This document shows positions 18,217 to 27,816 of a DNA stretch of 64,000 nt, one piece after another; position 1 is the stretch's first letter; the number at the start of each line of letters is the position of its first letter. Origin of the DNA: an uncultured Nitrospinota bacterium (GTDB taxonomy: Bacteria > Tectomicrobia > Entotheonellia > J063 > CAVPRW01); assembly GCA_963707985.1 (NCBI GenBank), contig CAVPRW010000004.1, positions 5,793 to 69,792 on the forward strand, written 5' to 3'. Both the position numbers and the translations under genes were made by a program. The notes beneath the pieces are model-generated. The model had not been told where the DNA came from. It ran no database searches and was given only the letters and a program-made list of their open reading frames with translations.

Positions 18217-20698
18217 ATGGACTTTTACGCGGTGCTGGATCAGGTCCTCGCGCTGCTGCGCCAGCGAGGTCGCGTCTCGTACCGGGCGCTCCAGCGCCAA
18301 TTCGACCTCGATGACGCCTACCTTACCGACCTGAAAGACGCCCTTGTGTTCGCAGAACCCCGTGTGGTGGAAGACGAGGGGCGCGGCCTTGTCTGGGTGG
18401 GGGCACCCCCCGCCGCGGAGCCAGACTCCCGCCAGCAGCCCGAGGTCGAGCGACAGCTCTACACGGTGCTCCTCGCGGTGACAGCGCTGCTCCAGCGCGA
18501 AAAGCGTGTCACCTATCGCACCCTGCACTACATCTTCGGCGTTGACGAGGCGTGCCTGCACGCTGTGCGGGATGAGCTGAGCTTCCGACAGCTGGGGCGC
18601 GAGGACGGCTGCCAGGGGCTTGTCTGGACAGGGGAAGATCCGCCGGATGCGGCCACCGCTACCGCCCTGCGCGCCGCGCCCGACACCGGCATGGCGCCGT
18701 TCCCTGTTCCCTCACGTCCGCCGCTGCATTCCCCAGAGGTGCCTCGACCGCTGAATGGACTGACTCCAGCACTGGATGGGGTGTCGTCTTTCCCCTTGGA
18801 CGACGTAGTGCCACACACGCCAGACGACGTGCCAGTCATCATCCCTGAGTTAGCACGCAGCGCTCCTGACGCGGAACGGCGACAACTCACGGTGCTGTTC
18901 TGTGACCTGGTCGGCTCGACCCAGCTCTCCGGCCAGCTCGACCCCGAAGACCTGCGCGCGGTGGTGCGCGCCTACCAGGAGGCCGCGGCCGAGGTCATCC
19001 AGCCCTACGCGGGCCATATCGCTCAATATCTCGGGGATGGGCTGCTGGTCTATTTTGGCTACCCCGCGGCCCATGAAGACGATGCCCGGCGTGCCGTGCA
19101 TACTGGTCTTGGCATCGTCCAGGCGATCGCCACCCTGAATACCCGTCTGGCGGCACAGTACGGAGTGCCACTCGCCGTGCGGCTCGGCATCCACACCGGC
19201 CCCGTCGTCGTGGGGGAGATGGGTGGGGGTGGGCGGCACGAACACCTGGCGCTCGGGGAAACGCCCAATCTCGCGGCGCGGCTCCAAGCTCTCGCTCCGG
19301 CCAATGCGGTGGTCATCAGCGCCGTGACGGCACGGCTGGTGCGCGGCACCTTTGCCCTGGAAGATCTGGGGACTCACGCGCTCCACGGGGTCGCAGAGCC
19401 GATGGCGCTCAGCCGTGTGCGTGGCTTATTGGCGACGCCCAGCCATGACGAGGAGTTTGTGACTGCCGGAGTGCCTGTCCTGGTGGGCCGGGAAGAGGAA
19501 AGCGGGCTGCTGCGCCGACGCTGGGACCAGAGCAAAGCCGGGTTGGGGCAGGTCGTCTTCGTCAGCGGCGAGGCCGGCATTGGCAAGTCGGCCCTGGTGG
19601 AGCGGCTGCGGGCGCAGGTGCGCGCCGAGGGGTTGCCGCGTATGGCCTTTCGCTGTTCGCCCTATCACACCACCAGTGCCCTCTATCCCATAATCACCCA
19701 CCTCGAGCGCCTGTTGCAGTTTGAGCCGGACGATGCCCCTGCCACCAGGCTGGCCAAATTGGAGGCGGGGCTGCGGCCCTATCGCCTGCCGCTGGCCGAG
19801 GTGGTGCCGCTGTTGGCTGGGCTGCTGTCAGTGCCGCTGCCGGCAGAGCGCTATGCGCCGTTGACGCTGACGCCGCAGCAACAGAAACAGCAGACGCTGG
19901 ACGCGCTGCTGGCGTGGCTCGTGGCGGAGGCCGAGCGACAGCCGGTGCTGCTGGCGTGGGAAGACCTGCACTGGGCCGACCCCACCACGCTGGAGGTGCT
20001 CGGGCTGGTGATCGAGCAGGCGCCCACCGTGCCCATGTTGCACGTGCTGACGTATCGCCCGGAGTTCAGCCCGCCCTGGCCGCCACGCTCCCACATGACC
20101 CCTCTCGTGCTCAACCGCCTGGAGCGCCAGCAGGCCGAGGCACTGATCACCCTGCGGGCGGGAGGCAAAATCCTCCCAGCCGAGCTGGTACAGTACACCG
20201 TGGCCAAAACGGATGGGTGCCGCTGTATGTCGAAGAGCTGACCAAGATGCTGCTGGCTCCACTGCTACGGGAAGAGGCGGACCAGTATGTGCTCACCGGG
20301 CCGCTGCGCACGGTGGCGATTCCGGACACCTTACAGGATGCGCTCATGGCCCGGCTGGATCAGCTCCAGACGGCCAAAGAGGTGGCGCAGCTCGGGGCAG
20401 TGCTGGGGCGGGAGTCTATACGCTCGCCTCCGGGGCGTCTTGCTCCTGCGGCAGACGAGGACGCCACAGGCGGAGGCGGAAACCTGGTTGCAGCGGGCAC
20501 CTCGACATCGCCCGCCGCCAGGAGGCGAAATCACTGGAGCTGCGGGCCGCCACGAGCCTCAGCCGCCTCTGGCAGCAGCAGGGCAAGCGTGCCGAAGCCC
20601 ATGCGCTGCTGGCGCCGATCTACGGCTGGTTCACCGAGGGCTTTGACACCGCCGACCTGCAGGACGCCAAGGCACTGCTGGAGGAGCTGGGCTGCTGA
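18217..20698 (+). pseudogene. Class III nucleotide cyclase-AAA(STAND)-TPR copy 1; duplicated N-terminal head domain, most of the TPR region deleted, several frameshifts
   Basis: [31 protein letters not shown], Walker A GEAGIGKS, Walker B WEDLHW. Frameshift ~20215; LGRE is joined directly to the (E)VYRLRG region at ~20415; ends [22 protein letters not shown]. Confidence 0.85.
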
Positions 20699-20872
20699 TA
20701 AAGCATAGTCAAGTTTGGATTGGGCTTGATCTTGTATTCAGCACCAGGAGAATATGAGGTATCATGGGCTGTCAATCGTCAGCCGACCGTTGTAGAATCG
20801 CCACCTCCAATCCGTCAGCGCTGCGTACAAGGGCACAAGGCAAAGGGCAAAAGGCTGGAGGAAAGGGCAGAG

Positions 20873-21124
20873 ATGGCTGTGAACACCTGGACTGAGCGCG
20901 ACACGGAAAGAGCACAGGAAGTCTGGGGTGCATATCAACGCCAGCATGACATCTCGGATCGGATTGGCCAGACGGCGGGCATTGATCCGGTCAGCGGCCA
21001 GATCTGGTTTGGGGCTTCGGCAAAAGATATCGTGGCCCAGATGGAAGCCGAAGGGATAGCGACTCCCCTCTATTTTGTCCGGGTCGGCACCGACTATTAC
21101 CTGCGGAAAGGCCGCTGCCGGTGA
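20873..21124 (+). CDS. Small DUF5678-like protein (putative antitoxin/partner)
   Basis: 83 aa, AGIDP..IWFG.SAKD..PLYFVRVG; stop overlaps the next start (GTGA). Confidence 0.55.
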   Translation: MAVNTWTERDTERAQEVWGAYQRQHDISDRIGQTAGIDPVSGQIWFGASAKDIVAQMEAEGIATPLYFVRVGTDYYLRKGRCR

Positions 21125-21477
21125 TTGCCGGGACCGTGACGGACAACGGAGTGCCAATCATCATGCTCCTGGTGGCTGGTCAGACGTGGCAGGGTATCAT
21201 CGACACTGGCTTTAATGGAGACCTGGAGCTGCCAGAGGCGTTGCGTGCGACGGTACGGCCACGGTTTATTGGTCGTATATCTTCTGCGCTGGCTGGGGGA
21301 CAGCGCCTTGAGGAAGACGTGTATCTTGTCGATTTCCCCTTCGACGGCCGCACCGTCCATGCGGAGACGACCTTTGTACCAGGCAACGAGATCCTCATAG
21401 GGACGCAACTGTTGCGCCCCTATCGCCTGGAGATACATTTTCCCGAACGGACCGTGCTGCTCGATCGCGTGGCATGA
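21121..21477 (+). CDS. Clan AA (retropepsin-like) aspartic protease
   Basis: IIDTGFNGDLELP catalytic DTG motif and ILIGTQLL; 118 aa single domain. Confidence 0.8.
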   Translation: MIAGTVTDNGVPIIMLLVAGQTWQGIIDTGFNGDLELPEALRATVRPRFIGRISSALAGGQRLEEDVYLVDFPFDGRTVHAETTFVPGNEILIGTQLLRPYRLEIHFPERTVLLDRVA

Positions 21478-21492
21478 TGTAAACCTGTTGTG

Positions 21493-21563
21493 GCGTGTGT
21501 CGTCATCGGAGTTCCCTTTGCTTTGCCAAGGACGCCATCGTGGAGAATGATAGCCTGCATGGC
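21493..21563 (-). repeat. Orphan inverted copy of the promoter/RBS/start of the antitoxin-like gene at 22253
   Basis: Manual alignment with 22196-22266: 53/71 identical; both read ...(K)(G/D)(T/I)PMTTHA. Confidence 0.75.
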
Positions 21564-21612
21564 AGGCGACTCCCGTACCATCCAAGGCTGTGAGCGGTGT
21601 GGAGGGTCGGCA

Positions 21613-22164
21613 ATGACCTTCGAGGAGATGCTGGACCAAGCGCTGGCCATGCTCCAGCGCCGCGGCCGCGTGACCTATCGTGCCCTCAAGTTGCAGTTCC
21701 GTCTGGACGACGACCACCTGGAGGCGCTCACGGAGGAGCTCCTCTACGCCCACCCACCCCTCGTCGAGGACGACGGCCGTGGCCTCATCTGGACCGGAGA
21801 AACCCGTCCGACCCCGACGTCAGGATCGCCCCCGGCCCCCGACCAGGAGCGGGCGCCGCTGTCGTATACCCCCGCACATCTGACCGAAAAAATCCTGGAG
21901 GCTCGTCCGAGCCTGGAAGGCGAGCGCAAGCAGGTCACCGTCCTGTTCGCTGATCTCAAGGGCTCCATGGAGTGGCTGGCCGACCGCGACCCGGAAGAAG
22001 CCCGGACCATCCTCGATCCCATCCTTGAACGCATGATAGAGGCTGTGCACCGCTACGAGGGGACTGTCAATCAGGTCATGGGCGATGGGATCATGGCGCT
22101 CTTTGGGGCCCCGATCGCGCATGAAGACCACGCCATCCGGGCCTGCTATGCGGCGCTGGCCATG
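21613..22164 (+). pseudogene. Cyclase-STAND copy 2: 5' fragment only (head domain plus half of the cyclase)
   Basis: [22 protein letters not shown]..., ERKQVTVLFADLKGS, NQVMGDG; homology ends abruptly after CYAALAM. Confidence 0.85.
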
Positions 22165-22203
22165 CCCTCCCCCTTTCCGTGCCCTGGGGTTCCTCGCAAT
22201 ACA

Positions 22204-22212
22204 TGCTATAAT
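22204..22212 (+). promoter_or_regulatory. Extended -10 promoter (TGcTATAAT) for the antitoxin-like/HNH pair
   Basis: TG-N-TATAAT ~40 nt upstream of ATG 22253, with RBS AAAGGA. Confidence 0.55.
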
Positions 22213-22252
22213 GCACCAAAATGGCGTCATTGGTACAGCAAAGGACATCCCT

Positions 22253-22666
22253 ATGACTACACATGCTGTCACGCTACAATTACCGGAGCACGTCTACTTG
22301 CGTCTGCAACTCATTGCCCAGGCAACGCATCAATCGTTTGATGACGTTGCGCTCCGTGCCATCCAAGTCGGTGCTCCTCCCAGTTGGGAAGACGCACCGG
22401 CCGAATTTCAGGCGGACCTCGCCGCGCTCGATCGCCTGGACGATGCCGCATTGTGGCACATCGCGCGCCGTCGCCAGACCGCAGCAGATATGGTGCGGTA
22501 CCAGGAACTCCTTGAGAAGAACGCCAACGACACCCTCTCTGAGGCTGAACGGGCTGAGCTGACCCAATTACGCACTGCTGCCGATCGCTTCATGCTCCGG
22601 AAAGTGCAGGCTGCTGCTTTGCTGCGCTGGCGCGGCCATCACATTCCTCCCGCCGACAAATTATAG
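22253..22666 (+). CDS. Putative antitoxin-like protein (RHH-like N-terminus, LSxxExxEL helix)
   Basis: VTLQLPEHVYLRL...; RYQELLEKN...LSEAERAEL; 7 nt upstream of an HNH gene. Confidence 0.65.
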   Translation: MTTHAVTLQLPEHVYLRLQLIAQATHQSFDDVALRAIQVGAPPSWEDAPAEFQADLAALDRLDDAALWHIARRRQTAADMVRYQELLEKNANDTLSEAERAELTQLRTAADRFMLRKVQAAALLRWRGHHIPPADKL

Positions 22667-22673
22667 AACCTCA

Positions 22674-23099
22674 ATGAGCACATACCTGTCTGCCGAATTG
22701 CGCCGTCGACTGGTTGAAGTGGACGACCACCGTTGTGCCTATTGTCAGACAACCGAAGCCAATACCGGCCAGCCAATGGTTGTAGACCACATCATCCCCG
22801 GAGCACAAGGCGGCGAAACCACGTTTCACAACCTGTGTTTTGCCTGCCGCCGGTGCAATGAATTCAAAGGGCCAACCACCAGGATACAGGAGCCACTTAC
22901 CGGCGAACCGGTGCCCATATTTCACCCCCGTCAGCACGCATGGACCGACCACTTCGCCTGGGATGCAGCTGGGATACGTCTTATAGGGCTGACAGCTATT
23001 GGTCGGGCCACCATTATCGCCCTCAACATCAATAACGAGTTCATCGTTGATGCGCGACGTCGCTGGGTCGGTGTCGGCTGGCATCCGCCGGCGCTGTGA
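22674..23099 (+). CDS. HNH endonuclease (zinc-binding)
   Basis: RCAYC, VDHIIP..QGG, NLCFACRRCNEFK, IFHPRQHAWTDHF, WHPP. Confidence 0.88.
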   Translation: MSTYLSAELRRRLVEVDDHRCAYCQTTEANTGQPMVVDHIIPGAQGGETTFHNLCFACRRCNEFKGPTTRIQEPLTGEPVPIFHPRQHAWTDHFAWDAAGIRLIGLTAIGRATIIALNINNEFIVDARRRWVGVGWHPPAL

Positions 23100-23120
23100 A
23101 CAATAGCGCCGAAAAATACA

Positions 23121-26100
23121 TCACGGCTCCTCCCCTAAGGTATCGAGCAACGCCTTGGCCTCTTGCAGGTCCGTCGGTGTCAAACCCCTCGGTGAACCAG
23201 CCGTAGATCGGCGCCAGCAGCGCATGGGCTTCGGCCTGCTTGCCCTGTTGCTGCCAGAGGCGACTGAGGCTCATGGCGGCCCGCAGCTCCAGCGATTTCG
23301 CCTCCTGGCGGCGGGCGACGTCCAGGGCCCGCTGCAACCAGGTTTCCGCCTCCGCCTGCGACGTCCCCGGCTGCCGCAGGAGCAAGACGCCCCGCAGGCG
23401 ACAGACTTCCGCTTCCCACCAGCGTTCCTCATGCTGCTCCACCAGGGTGTGGGCCTCGACCAGCGCCTGAAGGCCGTCTTCCGGGTGGCCCAGGTGGGCA
23501 GAGACGTCCGCCAGCAAGGTGCAATAGTATGCGACGAGCAGAGGTGCCTCAGTGGCTCGGTAGGCGGCGATCCCCTGGCGGACCTGGCTCAGCCCCTCCT
23601 CGCCCTGGCCCTGCATGGCCAGCGCCCACCCGCGCAAGATCGTTCCCGCGGCCGCCCAGAATGGAAAGCCCTGCTCGATCGAGAGCGCGACGGCGGCCTC
23701 TGCCTGCTCGTGCACGGCTGGCACGTCCCAGCGAAACTGATAGACGTAGGCCGCCCAACACCGCGCACGCGCCAGACTATAAGGATGCGGCAGCTCGTGC
23801 GCCAACGCCAGGGCCTCGTGGAGGCGGGCCAGGGCTTGCTCCGGATACCCCAGTAACCAGAGGGTCACAGCGGCATGGCCTCGGCAGGCAACACCCGGAT
23901 CCTGGCCCATACGGAATACCGGAGCACGGTGCTGGTCTGGTGTGTCGCGTGCGATGGCTTCCTCCAGGTGCTGGCGGGCAACAGGCAACGCGCCCAGGCA
24001 GAACGACGTAAACCCGAGGGCAGAGTGGGCGACGACCGTGAGCGCGGGGTCGTCGGCACGTTGCGCCAGGCGCAGCAAGGTTTCGCCGATCTCCCGCGCT
24101 GTGTGCAACTGTAGCCGTCCTACATAAAACCGGTACAGACCATACAGGACCGGGACCAGCTCTGGGGTCTCGCCCACCTGCTGACACAACGCGTGTGCCT
24201 GGATGTAGGCGTGCTCCACCTCGGGCGCTCCCTGTCCTTTGGCCATCACCAGTGCTGCGCCGAGGGCTGTGTACAGGGTTAAGGCTTGCTGGGTATGCTC
24301 AGGCGTCTCTGGCAGGGTCGTGAGCAGCTCGATCCCGGTGGTGCAAGTGGCTGATGGCTTCCACATGGGCCGAGCGGTCACTGGCCTGTTGGCCCGCCCG
24401 CAGCCAGTAGACCACCGCCTGCTCGGCGCAGCCCGCCGCGGTGTAGTGCTGGGCGACCAGCTCTGGTTGCGTCGCGACGGTCTCCGGGAACTGCGCCTCC
24501 AACGCCTGGGCAATACGCTGGTGGTACTGCTGGCGGGTGCTCCGCAACAACGACTGATAGGCCACGTCCTGGATGAGCGCATGCTTGAACGTGTAGGTGG
24601 CCTGCGGCGGCACCCCCCGCTGGTACAGGAACTCCGCTGCCACCAACTGGTGCAGTCCCTGCTGCACGATCCCCTCCTCCCACGGGGCCACGGCGCGCAG
24701 CAGCGCGTAGGAAAACTCGCGCCCCAGGGTGGCCCCGAGTTGGGCCAGGGCCTTCACCGCCGCGAGGCGGTCGAGCCGCGCCATGAGCGAGTCGTGCAGC
24801 GTGGCGGGAATGGCCAGCGGGTGCAGGGGCCCGGTCAGCGCATAGCGCTCGTCCCGCTCCTGGAGCAGTCCCGACTCCAGCACCATCTTGGTCAATTCCT
24901 CGACAAACAGGGGCACCCCATCGGTCTTGGCCACGATCTGCTCGACCACCTCGGGAGGCAACACCTTGCCGTGGGCCACCTGGCGAATCACCTCCACGGC
25001 CTGTCGTCGGGGCAAGCGGTTGACCGTGAGCTGGGTGAGATGGGCCCGCCCCGTCCAGGGCGGGCTGAAGTCCGGCCGACAGGTGAACAGCGTCAGGATG
25101 CGGGCGGTGGGGCCTTGATCGACCAGGAGGCTGAGCAGCTCGAGCGTGGACGGATCGACCCAGTGCAGGTCTTCCATGACAAAGAGCACGGGCTGCTGGG
25201 CGGCGATGCGCAGCAGGATCGTCAACAGGACGTGGAGGGTCTGCTGCTTCTGCTGCTCAGGCGACACCGTCACGGGCGCATAGTCCGCCGGCAGCGGCAG
25301 GGAGAGGAGGGCGGCAAAGAGGGGCACGGCCTCCGCCAGTGGCAGGCCATACTGCACCAGGAACCCCTCCAGTTTGCCCACCTTCTGCTGGGGCGACTCC
25401 TCCCGGTCGAAGCGCAGGACCACCCGCTCCAGCAGGTCGATCAGCGGATACAAGGCGGTGTGCTGGTGGTAGGGCGAACACTGACACGGGGTGAGCCAGG
25501 CCCGGGGCTCGGCGGCCACCTGGTCCGTCAGCACCTGCACCAGGCGCGATTTGCCGATGCCGGCTTCGCCGCTGAGGAGCACGACCTGTCCGAGGCCGTC
25601 TTTGACCTGCGCCCAGCGCTCGAGCAGCACCCCGATTTCCTGCTCCCGACCCACCAGCGGGGTCCACCCGGTACTGCTGGCGGCTTCCAGGCGACTGCGG
25701 GCCATACTCTCATAGAGCACGCGATAGACCGCCAGCGGCTGCGCCAGGCCTTTCAGGAGCGGCGTGCCGAACGGCTGGCAGGCAAAGAACCCACCGAGGA
25801 GCTGAAAGGTCGCCGCACTGATCACCAGGGTATTGGGGGCGGCGAGGCCTTGCAGGCGGGCCGCCACGTTGGGGGTCTCGCCGAGGGCCAGCTGTTCCTG
25901 GCGCGCCCCGTCCCCCACGTCGCCCACCACCACCAGCCCGGTATGGATCCCCAGGCGCACGGCCAGATGCACCTCTCGCTCCGGCCCCAGGGAGGTATGG
26001 AGTTGTCCCATGGCCTCGACGATCCCCAGCCCGGCCCGCACCGCCCGCTGGGCGTCATCTTCGTGCGCCAGGGGGTAGCCGAAGTAGACCAGGAGACCAT

Positions 26101-26575
26101 CACCGAGGTACTGGGCGATATGCCCCTCGAAGCGGGCGATCACTTTGGCGCAGGTGGCTTGATAGGCCTGCACCACCTGGCGCAGCTCTTCCGGGTCGAG
26201 CTGGCTCGCCAGGCGCGTCGAGTCCACCAGATCACAGAACAGGACGGTGAGCTGCCGGCGTTCGGCATCAGGAGGGTGAGGTGTGGTGGGTGGGGAAGCC
26301 CCCTGGGGGGAGTAATCTTTCTGGCTGACAGGCGGTGGGGGGTATTGGGGTGCTGGAGGAGCTAGCGTCTGGGGCGCTGCTGTGTCATCGGTCCAGCGTA
26401 AGCCACGACCCGCGTCCTCGACCACCTGTGGATGCGCGTAGAGGAGTTCGTCCTTGAGGACCGCCAGCTGCTCGTCGTCCAGGTGGAACTGGAGCTTCAG
26501 CGCGCTATAGGTCACCCGGCCTCGGCGCTGGAGGAGGGCCACGACTTGGTCGAGGACATCATAAAAATCCATCAT
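23121..26575 (-). CDS. Cyclase-AAA(STAND)-TPR copy 3, full length, with frameshifts near 24340 and 23172
   Basis: Head domain, [51 protein letters not shown] helices, C-terminal [15 protein letters not shown]. Confidence 0.88.
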
Positions 26576-26717
26576 GGCTCCTCCAGCCGTGTCAGCCAGT
26601 GGGGGTCTCGTCGGATGCGGTAGCCGCCAGACGCGCCCCTGTCCACCCCTGTGGTTACGTTGCATTCCTGTGGACCGTGTATTATCCCGCCTGCGCCAAC
26701 GTCACTTCCGCTTGGAG

Positions 26718-26777
26718 CAGCCAGAGAGGTCATCTCCATGGCGCGGTACCGCGCCATGGAGATGACCTCTCTGGCTG
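26718..26777. repeat. Perfect 60-bp palindrome with no spacer
   Basis: CAGCCAGAGAGGTCATCTCCATGGCGCGGT|ACCGCGCCATGGAGATGACCTCTCTGGCTG; the 30-bp arms are exact reverse complements. Confidence 0.97.
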
Positions 26778-26871
26778 TCCCAGGCCAAGGCCGCGCTGGC
26801 TCAGATCTTGTGAGGCATCGGGGAGAAGACCGAGTGCTGGACGGTATCAATCAGTCAAGCCGTCCGGCTTC

Positions 26872-27279
26872 CTATCTGATTCCCAGCCGGATCAAAAACC
26901 GGCGTGTAGTCAACGCATGGGTCGAGTTGAGCGCGAGAGCCGCCACCGCTGCCCGGCCAACTGGCGTCAAGCCCTGTATTTCGCCGGTGTCGCGGTCCAG
27001 CACGAGGTGCTCAGACCATGGTTGCGTGCGCGGGTTGAAGAGCGGCACCGTCTCGCCGGTCACAGGATCAGCGGCCTCGGTTTTCACATGCTTGTGCAGA
27101 TTACACGAGCGGCAGCACAACGCGAGATTATCTATGCTGGTGCGACCACCCCTGGCCTCTGGGATGATGTGATCGGTCTCCAAGGGCGTGCTGCTCGCGG
27201 CTTCGGGATAGCCACAGTACTCACAGCGATAGCGGGCGCGGCGTGCAACCTCGGCGTGATGGCTTTCCGCTGCGGCCAT
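26872..27279 (-). CDS. HNH endonuclease
   Basis: RCEYC, TDHIIP..RGG, NLALCCRSCNLHK, LFNPRTQPWSEH, GLTPVGRA. Confidence 0.88.
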   Translation of the reverse strand: MAAAESHHAEVARRARYRCEYCGYPEAASSTPLETDHIIPEARGGRTSIDNLALCCRSCNLHKHVKTEAADPVTGETVPLFNPRTQPWSEHLVLDRDTGEIQGLTPVGRAAVAALALNSTHALTTRRFLIRLGIR

Positions 27280-27288
27280 GGTCAGCCT

Positions 27289-27639
27289 TCAACGCCCTAA
27301 AGCAGCGGCCAGGCGTTGGAGGCTTTCGACTTCGAGGGCATCGGCTTCCGACATCAGGGCGTGCAGCTCATGCGCTTCGTTATGAGACAAGGCTCGAGAT
27401 TTGCGTACCTGAAGGAGCGCGCTCAGCCGTTTGGCTTTCTCTGGCTCTATGCGCTGAAAGCCAAGCGAATCCAGGGCGGCAGCAAGCAGCATGTGGGGTT
27501 CAGCCACGGGAGCTGACGGACTCGCTTCGGGAAAGAGTCTGTCCAGAATCCACTGCTCGGGTGACTTGTGGGCTGAGCCAGCCTCAGCGGCAATCCGCTC
27601 ATAGGTCGTATCGGGGAGATGTAAGATGATCTCTTTCAT
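27289..27639 (-). CDS. Putative antitoxin-like protein upstream of HNH
   Basis: IILHLPDTTYERI (RHH-like); RLSALLQVRKSRALSHNEAHEL resembles the 22253 protein. Confidence 0.6.
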   Translation of the reverse strand: MKEIILHLPDTTYERIAAEAGSAHKSPEQWILDRLFPEASPSAPVAEPHMLLAAALDSLGFQRIEPEKAKRLSALLQVRKSRALSHNEAHELHALMSEADALEVESLQRLAAALGR

Positions 27640-27687
27640 GACGTCCACCGTGACCGCAGTTTCTCCACCTAAGAGGCGAGCTTGATT

Positions 27688-27716
27688 AGAGTATCGCACA
27701 AGAGCGTATATTGCAA
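27688..27716 (-). promoter_or_regulatory. Candidate sigma70 promoter for the 27639/27279 pair
   Basis: TTGCAA-N17-TACTCT. Confidence 0.5.
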
Positions 27717-27816
27717 GGAGGGTGTGGCAACACAGTCATGACTCTGTCTGCCTTTCCCTCTTGGCGAGTCCGGGACGGGTTCCTACACACCTTTCCTCTG
27801 GCGCACTCCGGTCAAT

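Noticed and set aside
24239-26365. 708-aa plus-strand ORF and similar antisense ORFs (e.g. 43645-44496, 12507-13259, 8885-9592)
   Set aside because: Antisense shadows of well-supported GC-rich genes.
22674-27279. HNH genes as Cas9/IscB/homing endonuclease or RM components
   Set aside because: About 140 aa, no RuvC, no methyltransferase and no intron context.
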